Shown: positions 26,121 to 39,520, counted from the first letter of the stretch. The stretch: DNA of 64,000 bases from Lama glama (GCA_028534125.1 CM052817.1:45882001-45946000); one strand, 5' to 3'. The notes: a model not told the origin generated them from the letters alone. Translations and numbers: made by a program.

Positions 26121-26419
26121 CACAAATATGGATTTGTCATATCTGGACCATCTCTAACAAATAGTGCCAAGAGTGAATTAATTTATCCTTTACAAATTTT
26201 ATTTCCATTCTGAAACTTTGACTTGGCTTTTGGAATTCTTAGTTGTTAGAACTAACAAGGAGTTTCAGGCCATTCCCATTTCTGTTATTTTATGATCTAC
26301 TGGAGTCCATGTCACAAATGAAGTGCTCAGCACTGCAGGGCTGTCTGGTGCCTTTAAGCTGGAAAAGAGACAGCATCTCAACAGATGGTACCTCATGTCA
26401 CAGCCATGTACCAGAGCTG

Positions 26420-26833
26420 GTGTGTGTGCGTGTGCGCGCACGTGTGTGTGTAAAGAGGGATCTCTGACTAGTGTTTGGAAGTAGATTCTTTATATATTTA
26501 TTTTTATAGATCTCTACCTGTATCTATCTTTCCTTCTCTCTTTCTCTCTATATATTTCTATATATTTTTTAAATTTCTATATATCTATATTTATACCCAT
26601 ATAGGGAGCTCTAGATATAGAGACATAGAGTCATATGGACATAGATATAGATATATGGAAATATATTTTAGGTGTTTAAATATGGCTATAGATAATTATA
26701 GGATTATTAACATGTTTGATAAAATATATTGAATATAAACATATATTGCTCCTCCTGGGATATATAAATGAATAGGTAAACATCTCTCTCTCTCTCTCCC
26801 TCTCTCTTTTTCCTTCTCTCCCTCTCTCTTCCC

Positions 26834-26873
<40 letters not shown>

Positions 26874-27120
26874 GTATAGATCTATGCTTCATAAAATGCA
26901 ACCAACTAGCAGAAGAAAGACCACCTTTGTTGAATGTTTCGTGGAACTTAAGGTGACACTTATTCTATATAATATAATATTAAAATAATATAATACAATT
27001 ATATCCATCTATCACATAGATATAGATGGATATTATTACATCCATATATATCATATGTATGAATACCTATCTACATATCTATCTGTCTGTCTATATCCCA
27101 GGAGGGAAAAAATGTATATG
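26420..27120. repeat. Compound low-complexity tract: (TG/CG)n, TA-rich, (CT)n and (TA)n
   Basis: Seen directly; alternating purine-pyrimidine run at about 26420-26451, CT run at about 26783-26852, TA run at about 26853-26872. Confidence 0.9.
26884..26970 (+). repeat. 87-bp dispersed direct repeat, copy 2
   Basis: atgcttcataaaatgcaaccaact...aaggtgacacttattctatat matches 25843-25929. Confidence 0.9.
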
Positions 27121-28039
27121 AGACTGATAGGAATGCTTCTCCCCAGGATGTGTCCCGCTAGGGCAGGTGGGCAGGAACCTTCTGTCCCTTCATGTTGTGG
27201 TGACATGATTAACCCACAGATGTGCCTGGCCCTTCCCTCCCTCTTGCCTGCCTCTCCTTCTCTCCGGGGAGGTTCTTGCCATGCTAAGCTGGTTGTTTTG
27301 GCCTTTGCCATAAAGAATCCAGAAGACATAGGACAGGAGAAGGGGGATGAGATGGGATTGAGCTGAGGAAGGAGTTTTCCAGGGAGGGTGGGTAGGAGAA
27401 GCAGAGCAGCATAGTCAGAGAAGCAGCTGGGAGAAGAGGGGTTGTGCGAAGAAACAGTACCCCCTTCCCATGATTTGAGAAATCAATGTCTTCAAAACTC
27501 TGTTGCTTCTGAACTCTGCTTTGGAGGGCAACGCTGCTTGGTGACTGAACCACACAATCCATGGCTCAGTAAATGTTGCAATAGTTGCAAATCTTTGCAA
27601 GGAGAACCAAAGGGCCTGCTGGGAAAAGCACTGAGGAAACCTTTGAAAGTGCCCGTTTTGCTCTCGGAAGTCAGCTTTAAGGGTCTGATATGCTGTTGAA
27701 AAGACCAGGGGTGGTACTCCAGGGGCACAGGTCAGAAACCCCACGAGAACAGGGCATGCCTCTATTTTGACTGCTGCTGCATATCCAGCGCCTGCTCTAG
27801 AGAGGGCTTTTTGGAATGAATGAATGTGGAGTAAGCAGAAGAGTCTGTGAATGCAGGGTCTGTCTTGGTTCACTGATTCACCCTTAGTGAAGGGAGTTAA
27901 TCTAGGGACTGATGCTCTGTATCCTGTTTCTTGAGAGAGAGAAGCAGTAAGCATGTAAGGAGTTCAGAATTGGGAAAAATACTGAAACTGTGGGGAAATA
28001 GAGGTGCTGGCCATGGAAGTGGTTTCCCTGTAATTCACT

Positions 28040-28222
28040 CATTTACAGCTTGTGACATTCTGAATAAAATACGAGAGGAGGAAGGGACTGTGTGTGGTCA
28101 TTAATCTTGTCTCTAAAACAGAAATAATATTGCCTCTCTTGCAGAGCTGTTGTGAGGACTAGAAGTGGTGGATATTGATAGAAAACATGGGGCAATACAT
28201 CCATACAGTACCCCTTATTATT
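28040..28222 (+). mobile_element. MIR SINE
   Basis: tctctaaaacagaaataatattgcctctcttgcagagctgttgtgaggacta. Confidence 0.55.
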
Positions 28223-30641
28223 ACAGTCAACCATTAACAGTCCCATTTTCAACTCTTCTTAAACAAAATCCCACTTATGCCCCAGACTGTACTTCTTTCC
28301 AGCAAAATCTCATGTGAGTTAATATATATAACACGTAAAACACATAAAAGCTAGAGAGGGGAAGGTCCAGAGTGCCCCTAAGTCCTATACTTGGAACCCC
28401 CCAGATTCCTCCAAGTGCAACGTAGAAACCACCGAGCTGCTCCAAGGCCTCGTTTACAGCTGTGGGACCTGGGTACCAGGGGCAGTCGTGATTTCCTGAG
28501 ACACCCAGTTCTCTTCTTAAGCATCTCTCTTAAGTCAGTGAAATTGGTTTTTCGCCGAGCAGGGTTAAGAAAAAATTATTACATGATTGAGATTTCTCAA
28601 ATCCCAAGAAAAATGCTTAATTTGTCTTTTTTTATCCTCTTTATTTCTCACTTGGGTTGACTGTTTCTCTTCTCACCCTGTCTTGCTTCCTTTAGTAATT
28701 AGCTCTGGAAGGAAATAACTCTCATGGTGAAAAGATCTAGAAGCTCAGATTCGAAACAAAATTCTAGCCAACATGGATATGTGTGATTCACAGTTGCTTT
28801 CAACCCACAGAAACTTGTTTGCACAAATTAATAACAACTTTTAATAAACAGACTTTACCATCCATGGATAAAAATATTCCAGTCAAGCTTTAGTTGAAAA
28901 GAAAGATATGATAGGAACCTATCCCCATGGCAACAGTATTTTTTGTATTTTCCACAACAATGATCTGTGACAGCTTTCTGAAGAAGTTTGGGGGGGTGGT
29001 TCTGTTTCACAACTACCCAAGTAAGTGAGAGGGAGAAAAAGAGAAGGGACACAGAGCCGAGTCTGTGGATTTTGAATTATCAGCTGGGTGAGCCTCACCT
29101 GAATTATATTCAGGGTGAACCTAATGGAGCTTGTGATGATAAAACTGAAACTCTTCAGAAAGCTAAATGATATTTCTCCATATGTAAGCTGCCAAACCTT
29201 GTGGATTAGTCTCTGCCTGAATAAGAGAACACATGCAACAGCTTGATAAGCATAATAAAGATTTATAGTTACTTAGAATTCATCTTGAGTCAAAATAAGT
29301 TTCCTTGGGCCATTCTACAAGTCAAAGGGAGACTAAGAATTAAATTCATCTCAGCTAAAAAGACGTTGCTATATCAATGGCGGGTTATATCAGAAACTCT
29401 CTTCCAGGGCTGACTTGCTCAGAGTGTGCCTTAACAAGCCATAACGTAAGGTGCCCTTTGCGACCCTAATGACTCTGGGAAGGAGTCATACGGAGTGAAG
29501 AGGAGAACTCCCTTTGTACCGCAGGCTCTTCATTAGCGAATCTTGGACCAGGACTGGGACTCAGGCAATGCAAAGAAGACCACTTTCATAATAAGTAAGC
29601 ACCGAAGCAAAGAAACCGGAGTCTAGGCTCCCATTTTGAACATAAATACGTATTGAATGCAACTTAAGGTACCCCCTTTATTTCTATTGTTTTATGATTT
29701 TGAAGTGAAATATTGCTCACTGTCAAAAATTTCAAATTGTACAAAAAAGTATCAGACAGGGAAAAATCATCCATTATCACCAGCCAGAGATGATGTCAAC
29801 CTGATTTTGACATTTTTCTGATGCACTAGAGTCAGGCTTTTAGGAGGATAAAGGTATCTTTAAAAGTCAGGCCAGCCCCTTGGTTTACAGATGAAGGCAG
29901 TGTTCAGGCAGGTGAGTCTGTGCGGAGCCTGCACAGCTAAGTACACCCAAGCTCACAGACTGCTCCTCCAGGACATTCTGCCCAACATCACTCTGCCTTT
30001 TGTGTTCAGTTATTTTATTTTATTTTCTAATTGCTTCAGGGAAATAATTAAATCTTCCAATCTTCAAGATTTCTCAGAGAACAACAGCTTGCAGAAAGCA
30101 AACACACGTTCTGAATTGCAGACAAAGCCTGGACTGTTCTAATGGTAATTATGTAAACGCATCTCACAATTTGGACTTTATAAAAATAATAATTAAAAGT
30201 AAGCCTGGGCAAAAACATTATTCTTGTCAAAAGTACACTTATTTTTTCTCTAGCCATGTGCTTAATCTCCCTATTTTTGTATTTGAGAGGGAACACAAGG
30301 GATCTGTGGTTAAGCAGTAAATTAGACTTTAATCCCAATGACTTGTCCTGGAAGATGTCACTGGAGCATTTTGGAGTAATTAGGGAGCATCTCAGGACCC
30401 CACAAAGCCAGGAACATCTTCAGATGCTTACATTCTTAGGAACTCTTATTTTTGGAGGCTCCATTCTTCACCCTACAAATAAGTGAAAATATACCAGCTT
30501 TGCATATGACATATCATTTTGGGCTATAAAATTCATGAAAGGACTTTTGTAAAGTTGAAGGCTGTTAAGAATTTATAGTCTTATGATATACACCTTATTA
30601 TAGTTTATATGAGAAAGAGGTGTGTGTGACAAGTTGGCATA

Positions 30642-31786
30642 TGTATTAGTTTCCTGTAGCTGCCACTGCAAACTGGATGGTTACAGACAAGAGAAATGTA
30701 TTATCTCACAGTTGCTAAGGCCAGAAGTTCAAAGTCTGTTTCATTGGGTTAAAATCAAGATGTTGACAGAGTCATGCTCCCTTTTGTAGACTCTAGGCAA
30801 GAATCCGTTCCTTGCCTCTTCCAAGTTCTGCAGGCTGCCCACACTCCTTGGCTTGCCACGTTACTCCAATTTTTGCTTCCATTTGCACTTTGCTTTCTTC
30901 TCTGGGTGTATAATCTCTTATCTATCTCTTATTAGGACACAAATGATAACATTTAGGGCCCACCCAGATAATCCAGGGTTATCTCATCATCTCAAAATCC
31001 TTAACTTAATTATATTGGCAAAGATCCTTTTTCTAAATAAGCTAACATTCGTAGACTTTTAGAGATTAGGACTTGATTTTTTTTAATTTACTTTTTTATT
31101 TTAATGTGATCAATTTATAATGTGTTAATTTCTGGTGTACAGCATATTGATTCAGTTTATATATATATATATATGTATATATATATTCCTTTTCATATTC
31201 TTTTTCATTATAGGTTATTGTAAGGTATTGAATACAGTTCCATCTGCTATACAGTAGAACCTTGTTTGTCTATTTTATATACAGTAGTTAGTATCTGCAA
31301 ATCTCAAACTCCCAGTTTATCCCTCCCCACCCTCTTTCCCCCCGATAACCATGTTTGTTTCCTATGTCTGTGAGTCTGTTTCTGTTTTGTAAATAAGTTC
31401 ATTTGTGTCATTTGTTAATATTCCACATATAATTGATATCATATGGTATTTTTCTTTCTCTTTCTAGTTTATTTCACTTAGTATGACAATATTCAATTCA
31501 GGTCCATCCATGTTGCTGCAAATGACTTATTTCATTCTTTTTTATGGCTGATGGTATTCCATTGTGTGTGTGTGTGTATATATATATATATACATACATA
31601 CATACATATATATACCACATCTTCTTTATCCATTCATCTGTTGATGGACATTTAGGTTGTTTCCATGTCTTGGCTGTTGTAAATATTACTGCTGTGAACA
31701 TTGGGGTGCATGTATCTTTTTGAATTAGAGTTTCCCCTGGATATATAGAACCTCATGTTTTGGAGGCCATCATTTAGCCCACTACA
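30642..31786 (-). mobile_element. MaLR solo LTR (MLT1C/D-like) split by an L1
   Basis: tgtattagtttcctg...agggcccacccagataatccagg...ccttaacttaat, resuming after the L1 as ggaggccatcatttagcccactaca; flanks gcata/gtata (4/5). Confidence 0.85.
31077..31746 (-). mobile_element. Lineage-specific L1 3' end
   Basis: T-rich tail; ORF track MFTAVIFTTAKTWKQPKCPSTDEWIKKMW (ORF2 C-terminus); internal TA/TG microsatellites. Confidence 0.93.
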
Positions 31787-32249
31787 GTATAATGTTACAT
31801 TTTGTAGCTCTTCATATAAACCTCTATCAATTTTGATTTAGTCAGATTTTTATTTCTGTGTGTTGGTACCAATATATTTTTCCCAGTGTCAAGCCTTTTT
31901 GTGGGCCCTTCAGAGGCTTCTAGCTCTGGGCACCTTGCTTGTACTGGATAAAAAAACCCATGAGAGAGACTTATCTTTAAAAAGGCTGGTTGACAGGACC
32001 CTTCTTATTGCCTGGAGCAGGCATTCTTCTATGAGGCATTTCACTGGGAAGCACTGGAAAAGGAGGAGATGCCTTTTTACATGGTCTTTGGATGTTAGGT
32101 TTCTGCAACAGCAGATAAGAGAAATATAGAGCATGAAACACTTGATGTCATATGAACTCCAGGCAGAGAAGCAATATGTTTTAGTCCCAAACTGTGAGCA
32201 ATTGTCTGCATTTGCCAGCTCTCAGGGACTTGGCACCCTTTTAGACCCT

Positions 32250-32420
32250 TTTCAAGAATTAATTCTAACATCTTTTCAAATAATCTTCACTTTATAGATG
32301 AGGAAGTTGTGTGCAGAGACACTAAGTAATTTGCCCAAGTCACTCAACAAGACGGTAGCAGAGTCAGAATTTGAACACAGGTCTGTCTCACTGCAAAGTT
32401 CTGCTTTTCTGTGTACTTTG
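32250..32420 (-). mobile_element. MIR SINE
   Basis: ttatagatgaggaagttgtgtgcagaga...taatttgcccaagtcact...gcagagtcagaatttgaacacagg. Confidence 0.75.
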
Positions 32421-32829
32421 CAATGGCATTTCAGAAACAAGGAAAAGAGTACATAAAACATATGACAAAGAAGTAAGAGTGTAGCCTTAAGGCCAACAGG
32501 ATTAGAACCAGAGAGACATGACCTCTGTTACTCCACATTAGTCTTCATTTCTATTCTGGGATGTTACCATCAGTTAATATCATTACTTGAACTGCTGTGT
32601 GTGTTTATTTGCTCGTTGGAAAACTGTATATAATTGATTCCATAGTGGGGGTTCTAGTCTTTGCAACTAAACTTTTTTTTGTATGGTTTTCATTCTTCAA
32701 GTGTCTGGAATTTAAAAGAACTTCCTCAGATCACTGTTATTACCCAGCCTTGATGAATTCAATTAATATTAAGTGTTGTTAGCTCTCCATCCAGAGTGGA
32801 TGAACCAGGAAATTCATATCCCTTACAGA

Positions 32830-33330
32830 AGTAGTTTCCAAATGTTAATAATTTCTTTGTTTAATGATACTACTTCTGTGTGTACTATTGTCTATAGTAT
32901 CATCTATTCAAAATTCCTTTAATACTTGCATTTTTAATTTATATTTATTTTAAAAGGCACCTCTGTGGCATCACTGGAAAATCAGTTTCACCCACTAGAA
33001 GTGGAAGGTAAACAACAAGTGAATGCAATGAAAAGAAGATGGCATTTCTTACTGCTGGCTGGACAGTGTTAGCTGCCCAAGGAACAGGTAGGGGGTTGCC
33101 TGGCTATTGTTGGAAAGAGAAATTAGCAAGTGAGAGAGGTGTTAAAGGCACATTGGCACTAAGTCCAGATTTCCTCCCTGACAAAATCTGAGATGGAATG
33201 AGACCTGAGAAGGGAGTAGCTTTCTCACCCAAAGATTCAGTGTGATTATGAGCCTGTGTCTAAGCCACCTGCATCTGAGCCATCTCACTACCCACCGTGG
33301 CGCCCCTCCCTTCTTGTGGTCTAAGGTCGG
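32830..33330. mobile_element. hAT-Charlie non-autonomous DNA transposon remnant (MER113-like)
   Basis: attagcaagtgagagaggtgttaaaggcacattggcac...aagggagtagctttctcac resembles a recalled Charlie-family consensus; exact family uncertain. Confidence 0.45.
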
Positions 33331-34171
33331 AAATTGAGATTTCCTGTCATGTGCTGCTTCGACATTTGAATGGTCTGACCAAAAGCTCCCCGGCCCCTCA
33401 TTCTGTGGATAAAGTCCCCTGGCCAAACCACCCTCCAAGTCACAGTGACGAGGCACAGGGCCTGCTTATGCCTCACTGGCAGGCTTCAGTTCCCTGCCTG
33501 CCTCTGGGATTATGACAGCGAGCCAATCACATCTTCCGCAGGAACCTTGCCCTCTTGCTTCGGCCTCCCACAAGCCCTGCTGGTTCACTCTGTTCCCAGG
33601 TGAACAGCTCCAGGTTTGCGTGCTGCGTTCTCCTCCCCCAGGCTGAGAATATGTGACTAGTAAGCTGCTGTGATCTCTTCTCTCCAGTGTCCTACGTCCT
33701 GCATCCAGCCATCTCCATGATCCTCGGAGGGGATCCTTCCCTCACCGGTGGAGTGAAGAGGAGGTGAACACGGCACTCCTCACTTGGGGAAATACTGCCG
33801 TCCTGTAGAACCGTACCCAGATAGATTCTCTTCCTGTTCATAGGCGCCCTCTCATTTCCAAAAGAATCACCAACCGTCACAGAACAGACGGAAACGCTGC
33901 AGGTGTCTTTCAGGTAGTAAGCCCTTGAGATCACAGAAGCTATCTTTTATCTTCTTAGGAGTCTTCATTTAATCTCATGAAGAGGGCAGTGGGCTTATTT
34001 GACACAAAATTGATAGGTTCTTGTCTATAAGGTCTGATGTGGGGATTTTTTTTTTACTCCAAATTCTCCTTCCTCATGGTCCTGCCAAAGCACCTTCAAC
34101 TTTTGTGATCACATCACTTAGCACTCAAAGCTCTTATTTTCCAAAGGTGAAGGATTAAACGCTGAAAGTTG

Positions 34172-34400
34172 TGCAGCATGGTGTTAAGGGCACAGGGTCT
34201 AGAAGCTCAGGAATCAGACTACCTGGATTCGAAGGTGGACCACTTACTTGCTGTGAGTTTAGGTAAGTTGCTGAATCTCTCTGAGCCTCAGTTTCCTTAC
34301 TAACAGTACCTTCCTCATGGGAATCTTATGGAGTTACATATAAAGAACTTAGAATAGTACCTGGTACATAGTAAATGTTTACAAATTAGCTATTGTTATT
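34172..34400 (+). mobile_element. MIR SINE
   Basis: tctctgagcctcagtttcct...aaagaacttagaatagtacctggtacatagtaaatg. Confidence 0.8.
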
Positions 34401-34804
34401 AGAGAAAAAGCAACTCACTACCCCTTTAACACTTGAGCTCAAACTGACTTCAAAGCCATCCAGACAATAGGGTCCTGAGGACCAAGGATGCTGGACACAC
34501 ATATTTTGATGGGAAGGTGGACATAGGGTACCATCCAAAACTGATGGGGCTTTGCAAGGGAGGCTCGTAGCAACATGAAGAGTGGGTACCTGGTGGTGGA
34601 AGAAAGAATACAAAACAGGCAGGAAATAGGAGTGAAAATATACTTCACTGTTCTTATTTTAGGAGGAGGAGAGCTCACGATTCCATATCTGGGTGATCAG
34701 GAAATGCCATGGGTGTCAGTGTGAGAGGCTGGTAAGACACAGTGCTCCCTTCCTTCCCCGAGGAACTGGTGTGTCCTCCCTTGCTTTGTAGTCTCTTCTG
34801 TCCA

Positions 34805-34930
34805 TATCTTTTTCTACTAGTTTTTAAGCTTCTTGACGGCAAGAACCAAGCTTTGTCTTTTTTTATTCCCCACGGAGCATAGTACAGTGGCACGAAGAAC
34901 GCATGTGGTGGAATATATGTTGAATTAGCT
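34805..34930 (+). mobile_element. L2 3' end
   Basis: ctactagtttttaagcttcttgacggcaagaacc...tagtacagtggcac...tgttgaat. Confidence 0.55.
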
Positions 34931-34937
34931 GCTTAGG

Positions 34938-35359
34938 TGTTAGTCGGGACAAAAATTGAACTCCTGTCAAAAAGAAACTCAACAATACAGTGGCTCAGAC
35001 AATATAGAGGTTTATTTTCTCTCCTGTAACACCCCAGAAGTAGGTGGCTTTGCTCCATGATGTCATTCAAGGAGCTGGGATTCTTTATATCATGGCTTTA
35101 CTACCCCTGAGGAATTTGTCTTCATCTGCGTGGCCAAAGCTGTTATGTCCAAAGACCATAGTAAAGAGTAGTGGAGGCACGCAGGTTCCTTGGAGGAATA
35201 ATCTGCGCTCACACCCGACTTGCCAGCACGTGGCTACAGGACCCCACTTCGATGGGAGATGTTGCCTACAGATGGGCAGGCTTTCACTCAGCCAGTACTA
35301 AGGAGCAAAAAGGAAGAAGCAGGGGATGATATTGGGAGAAAATTAGCAATCTTTGCGCA
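34938..35359 (-). mobile_element. MaLR LTR (MLT1I/J-like)
   Basis: cagtggctcagacaatatagaggtttattttctctc...gctccatgatgtcattcaagg...gatattgggagaaaattagcaatctttgc. Confidence 0.6.
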
Positions 35360-36443
35360 TTTAGTTAATTTTGGAATATTTACCTGACACTGCTGTGTCC
35401 TTGAATGCTTCTTAAGAATGAAGATCAATGGGGAGGGAGAGGGTAAGAATCTTGGGGGTGCTCTGTGTGCCCAGCTTTCTGAACCACGCTGTCTGTGACT
35501 GATGCCTCATTTTCCTAGGAAGCCACAAACCTTTGGGAGATTTTTTTGGTCAGAGGCCAAATGGCCTTTGTCAACAATAGTTGGAGAACATTTTTTTTTT
35601 CTTCTGTGGAAGAAAATCTAAAGGGAAAAGGGAGCTAGAATTACATGTAAAGTATGGTATGTTTTCTTAAAATTAAATGGGCATATTTTGGTCTCTGAAG
35701 CAGTTCTACCAAATATAGAAAGCATTTCAGAATTCTCTGAGAGCAGTCTAAGCTTGGAATGTTAATGTCGACTTGAGAAATCATTTACAGCACCAAGAGA
35801 CAGACACATAAAATGCAAATGAGGCTTTCTAATTCAGGAGTTTTCCATTTTTGAGTCATGAAAACTTCTTTAATTAAGCAATTTTGAAACATTAATCAAG
35901 CGATAAAAATGCTCTGGATGTGAACATTCAAAATAAATGGCAATAAAACCAATAGTCCACGGATTGTGGATAATCCATGACTGTTAGGATAGGCAGTTGA
36001 AGGTTTTAGAGTTGGAATAACGTCTCTTCTCTTTACTGTCTTGCTTCTTACATGAATCAGGGCGATTCAAGGGTAATGTAGTCTGCCTATATGTTTTCAC
36101 AAGGGCTTCGTTTGCTCTTTTCTTAGCTCCTTAATCACACTTGGGGATAAATGCCCTAATGTAGTCTTTTAATGGGAGTGTAATTTTTGAATTAGGAAAA
36201 CAGGGAAGAGCTGTTTTCAGGAGTAATATTCTCATAAAATATGATATGAAATAAAAAATTCCATAGTACACACACACACACACAGAATACTAAACCAGCT
36301 GTAAAAATACCCCCAAGAAGCCTAAGGGTGAGCTTTGGCCGAATCTCTTCTCTTTGAGTTAGAGGGTGGGGTGCATAGGGCACATGTGTTCACCCTGATA
36401 TGGTTTCTCCAGGCGTGTTCCACAAGAACAGGTTTCGAGGGAC

Positions 36444-36885
36444 GTGATGGTTTATTTTACGTGTCTACTTGAGTGGGTCATTGGGTGCCCAGATTAAACA
36501 CTGTTTCTGGGTGTGTCTCTGAGAATGTTCCCAGACGAGATCAGCATTTGAACTGGTGGACTCAGTAGAACGCCCCCTCCCCCAGGAGATTCCCCTCCAC
36601 CTCAACATGGGTGGACATCACCCAATTCATTGAGGGGCTGAATGAAACAAAAAGTGGAGGAAGGAGGAATTTGCCCCCTTTTTTCCTGCCTCACTGTTGA
36701 GCTGGGACGTCATCTCAGACTGAGATTCACATCACCAGCTTCGTTGATTCCCAGGCCTTCAGATTCAGACTGAATTACACCACTGTGTTTTGGAGTCTTC
36801 AGCTTGTAGGCAGCAGACTGAGGGACTTCTTTACCTCCAGAGTTGAGTGAGCCGACGCCTCATGATTAACCACCTCTCTATATGG
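36444..36885 (+). mobile_element. ERVL LTR (MLT2B-like), 3' end not visible
   Basis: gtgatggtttattttacgtgtctacttga...tgcccagattaaacactgtttctgggtgtgtct...gagatcagcatttgaa. Confidence 0.85.
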
Positions 36886-37039
36886 GAGAAGCCTGGCTTC
36901 ACAGGCAGGTTGTGCTGTCTCACAACCCCTGAGGCCTGTCGTGGGGATCACAGCGCGCTGGCCCCGTGGTAGGCAGTGCTGTATTTCCACAGAGCAGTCT
37001 TGCCCCTCTGACGGCTGTCTTTGGTGGGTGACTATGGAG

Positions 37040-37310
37040 CAGAGTTTGTCCAGATCTTAGCAGGGATGCTTCACATTACTGAAGTTTCCGCTCTTCTGGG
37101 AGAAGCCTCCTGTGACTGGATATACCTAAAGACACTTACCTTACTCCCGGTTACTCTGTGACATCACCGTTTGATCGTCCTCTCTGTCTCTGCTTCCACC
37201 AGACTGTGAAATCTGTGACAGCAGGGACTGTATCTGTGGGTCACGGCTACACCACTTGTGCCTGGAAGTTGGCAGGTGAACCACGACTGTCAGCTGAACG
37301 AATGGATGAT
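37040..37310 (+). mobile_element. L2 3' end
   Basis: ccaccagactgtgaaatctgtgacagcagggactgtatctg...tgaacgaatggatga. Confidence 0.6.
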
Positions 37311-37314
37311 CCTG

Positions 37315-37530
37315 GGTTATGATTTATACCTCATTAAATCTTCAAAATTGGAGGCGTAATTTTTGTAAACAGTAAATTTACTATGAAGGAGGTTCAGATA
37401 ATGGAGCAGAGGGGCAGAGAACTTGGTTAATGTTCCCCAGGTCCCATGGCTAGAACTGGCAGGGCTGGAGTCACAGTCCACATTGTCTCTAGTCTGTCTG
37501 CAGCCTGTCCTTTTCAGTTTCTCCAAGTTG
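37315..37530 (-). mobile_element. MIR SINE
   Basis: ctcattaaatcttcaaa...ccccaggtcccatggctagaactggcagggctggagtcaca. Confidence 0.5.
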
Positions 37531-37839
37531 CCTGCTGATCTGATGAGAACCCTGTGATGTAAGGTATGTGAAAATGTCTTGGAAAATACAAAGGAAATAT
37601 TAAAAATATAAAGTCATCTTCACTATTTTTTGAGTATACAATATTTTTATTGTATTTATATTTATTTAAATAAACTATTTTCAGCCTCCAAGTAGAAATA
37701 CAGATGCTGTCAAGGACTCATTAGGAAGAACTATATTGAGAGAATGCCTTTCCACAGCAATGCAGTTTAGAGAGAGGAATAAAATAGTGAAGAGTGAAAT
37801 TTAGTATATTTGTTTCCTTTACCATCATTTAAAAAGTTC

Positions 37840-38060
37840 AGATTTTATATTCTGAAATCCTCACAAACTTACAGAAAAATTGCAAGGAAAATATTCAACC
37901 TTTTCAGAAGAAATTTCCAAACTAATGTCCCATCATGCCCAAATATGTTAGTGGGTAGTTCTTAAAAATACCACCACAAGACCACTATCAAAATGAGGAA
38001 ATTGATATTCATATATTATTTCCATATAATTCTCCTATCCCATTTCAGTTTCTAGTATCC
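37840..38060 (-). mobile_element. Old L1 3' end (L1MC4/5-like)
   Basis: caaacttacagaaaaattgcaag...ccactatcaaaatgaggaaattgatatt. Confidence 0.55.
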
Positions 38061-39104
38061 CTCAGAGAAAAATGATTTGATAATTGATATTTTTCTTTTT
38101 GCACTCACCAAAAAAGCCTAGAAAAGCAATCTTTGTCAAAATAAATTACAAATAATTGCTGTTTTTTGTGGCAAAATATTTTTGACCTAATTGCAACTTT
38201 ATACTTTGAAATACATGTAAAGGAATCATATTCTGGTGATTTTAATTTTCTTTAGTTTATTCTTTAATGCATGTTTATTATTTTGAAGGAACTGGAAGAG
38301 CACACACTCACTAGGCGCTTGTCCAGTTGGAACTCATGGGAGGGGTTCTTTAGATTATCCTTTAACTGTTGAGGTCTATCTTCTCCTCAGAACCCTCCCC
38401 CAGTCTGATCTGGGCCCCTCCTCTTGCTTCCTCATGTGCCCTCTTTCCCCGCTGGTCATGTGCTCAGTCAGCAGGTTTTAAAGCCAACAGAGTATTTTCT
38501 TGAACTGTGAGGCAACCTGAGAAGAGTCATGTTATCCAGGTGGGTAATTTGCAGGAATGCAGATCTGTTACTTATTACAGAGCAGGAGAGCTTAACACTC
38601 TTCCTTCCATTCACTCCACACAAGTACACAGAAAGCAACCGGGAAAAAGTATTGTGTTTTTCTGATTGCAGAAATAATGTGTTTTAGTTGGAATTTATTG
38701 AGGGAGTTTGAAAAAGGAAAACAAGATGATAGAGAGGTAAAATTATTCACTAGACATAACTTTAGAGAACAGAAATATATAAACTATACACTGTTTTTTT
38801 CACTTAGCAATGTCATTAACTATTTCCTGTATTATTAATCTTTTATGCAACAAAATTTCTCAAACTTCATTCTAGTAAAACTAAGGCACTGAGCTAGATA
38901 TTGAAATGGAGCCCTGTGGTTAAGCTTGATCAAAACTGTGCTCTACCTCCTTAGATAAAACAAGTTGTTTAATCAGGTTAAACTTGGTGTTTCCCAAATT
39001 GTTTGATCTTAGGGCTTTTTTTAAATTAAAAATCTATTAGCGCTTTGATAAATACTCTCCTTTCTACAACATGTGCTTTACTGCTGTAGAGCATTTTATC
39101 ACAT

Positions 39105-39488
39105 GAATTAATTCAAATCTGAATGGCAGAAAATTCAATCACAGTAGTTTCACCAGATGGAGGTCTGGTTTTCTCACATAAGAAGATGTGAGGATCTGGG
39201 GCAGCTGCTCAGTGACGTCAAAGTGGTTCCTTCTATCTCTCTTTTCCTCTATTCTTAAATTCCATCTTCACTATTGTAGAATGGCTGCTGCACCTCCAGG
39301 GATTGTCCACCTAGTCTAGGCAAGAAGAGAAAAGAAGGGGTCAGCAAAAAAGGAGGAAGGGCTAAAGAGAATGGAGACCAAATTCATTCCTTAAAAGACA
39401 ATCAAGAAACAACAAGGACCTATTGTAGAGCTTGGGAACTATATTCAATATCTTGTAACAACCTATAATAGAAAAAAATCTGAAAAAG

Positions 39489-39520
<32 letters not shown>

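Noticed and set aside
25843..26970. Repeats as a CRISPR-like array
   Set aside because: Only two copies 1 kb apart in mammalian DNA, with no repeat-spacer periodicity and no cas genes
27415..27954. Longest ORF (179 aa, minus strand)
   Set aside because: No recognisable domain, it overlaps an apparent L2 tail near 27780-27830, and there is no supporting splice or promoter context
35953..35984. Small hairpin gtccacggattgtggataatccatgac as a miRNA or MITE
   Set aside because: Too short and imperfect for a pre-miRNA, and no TSD or family match
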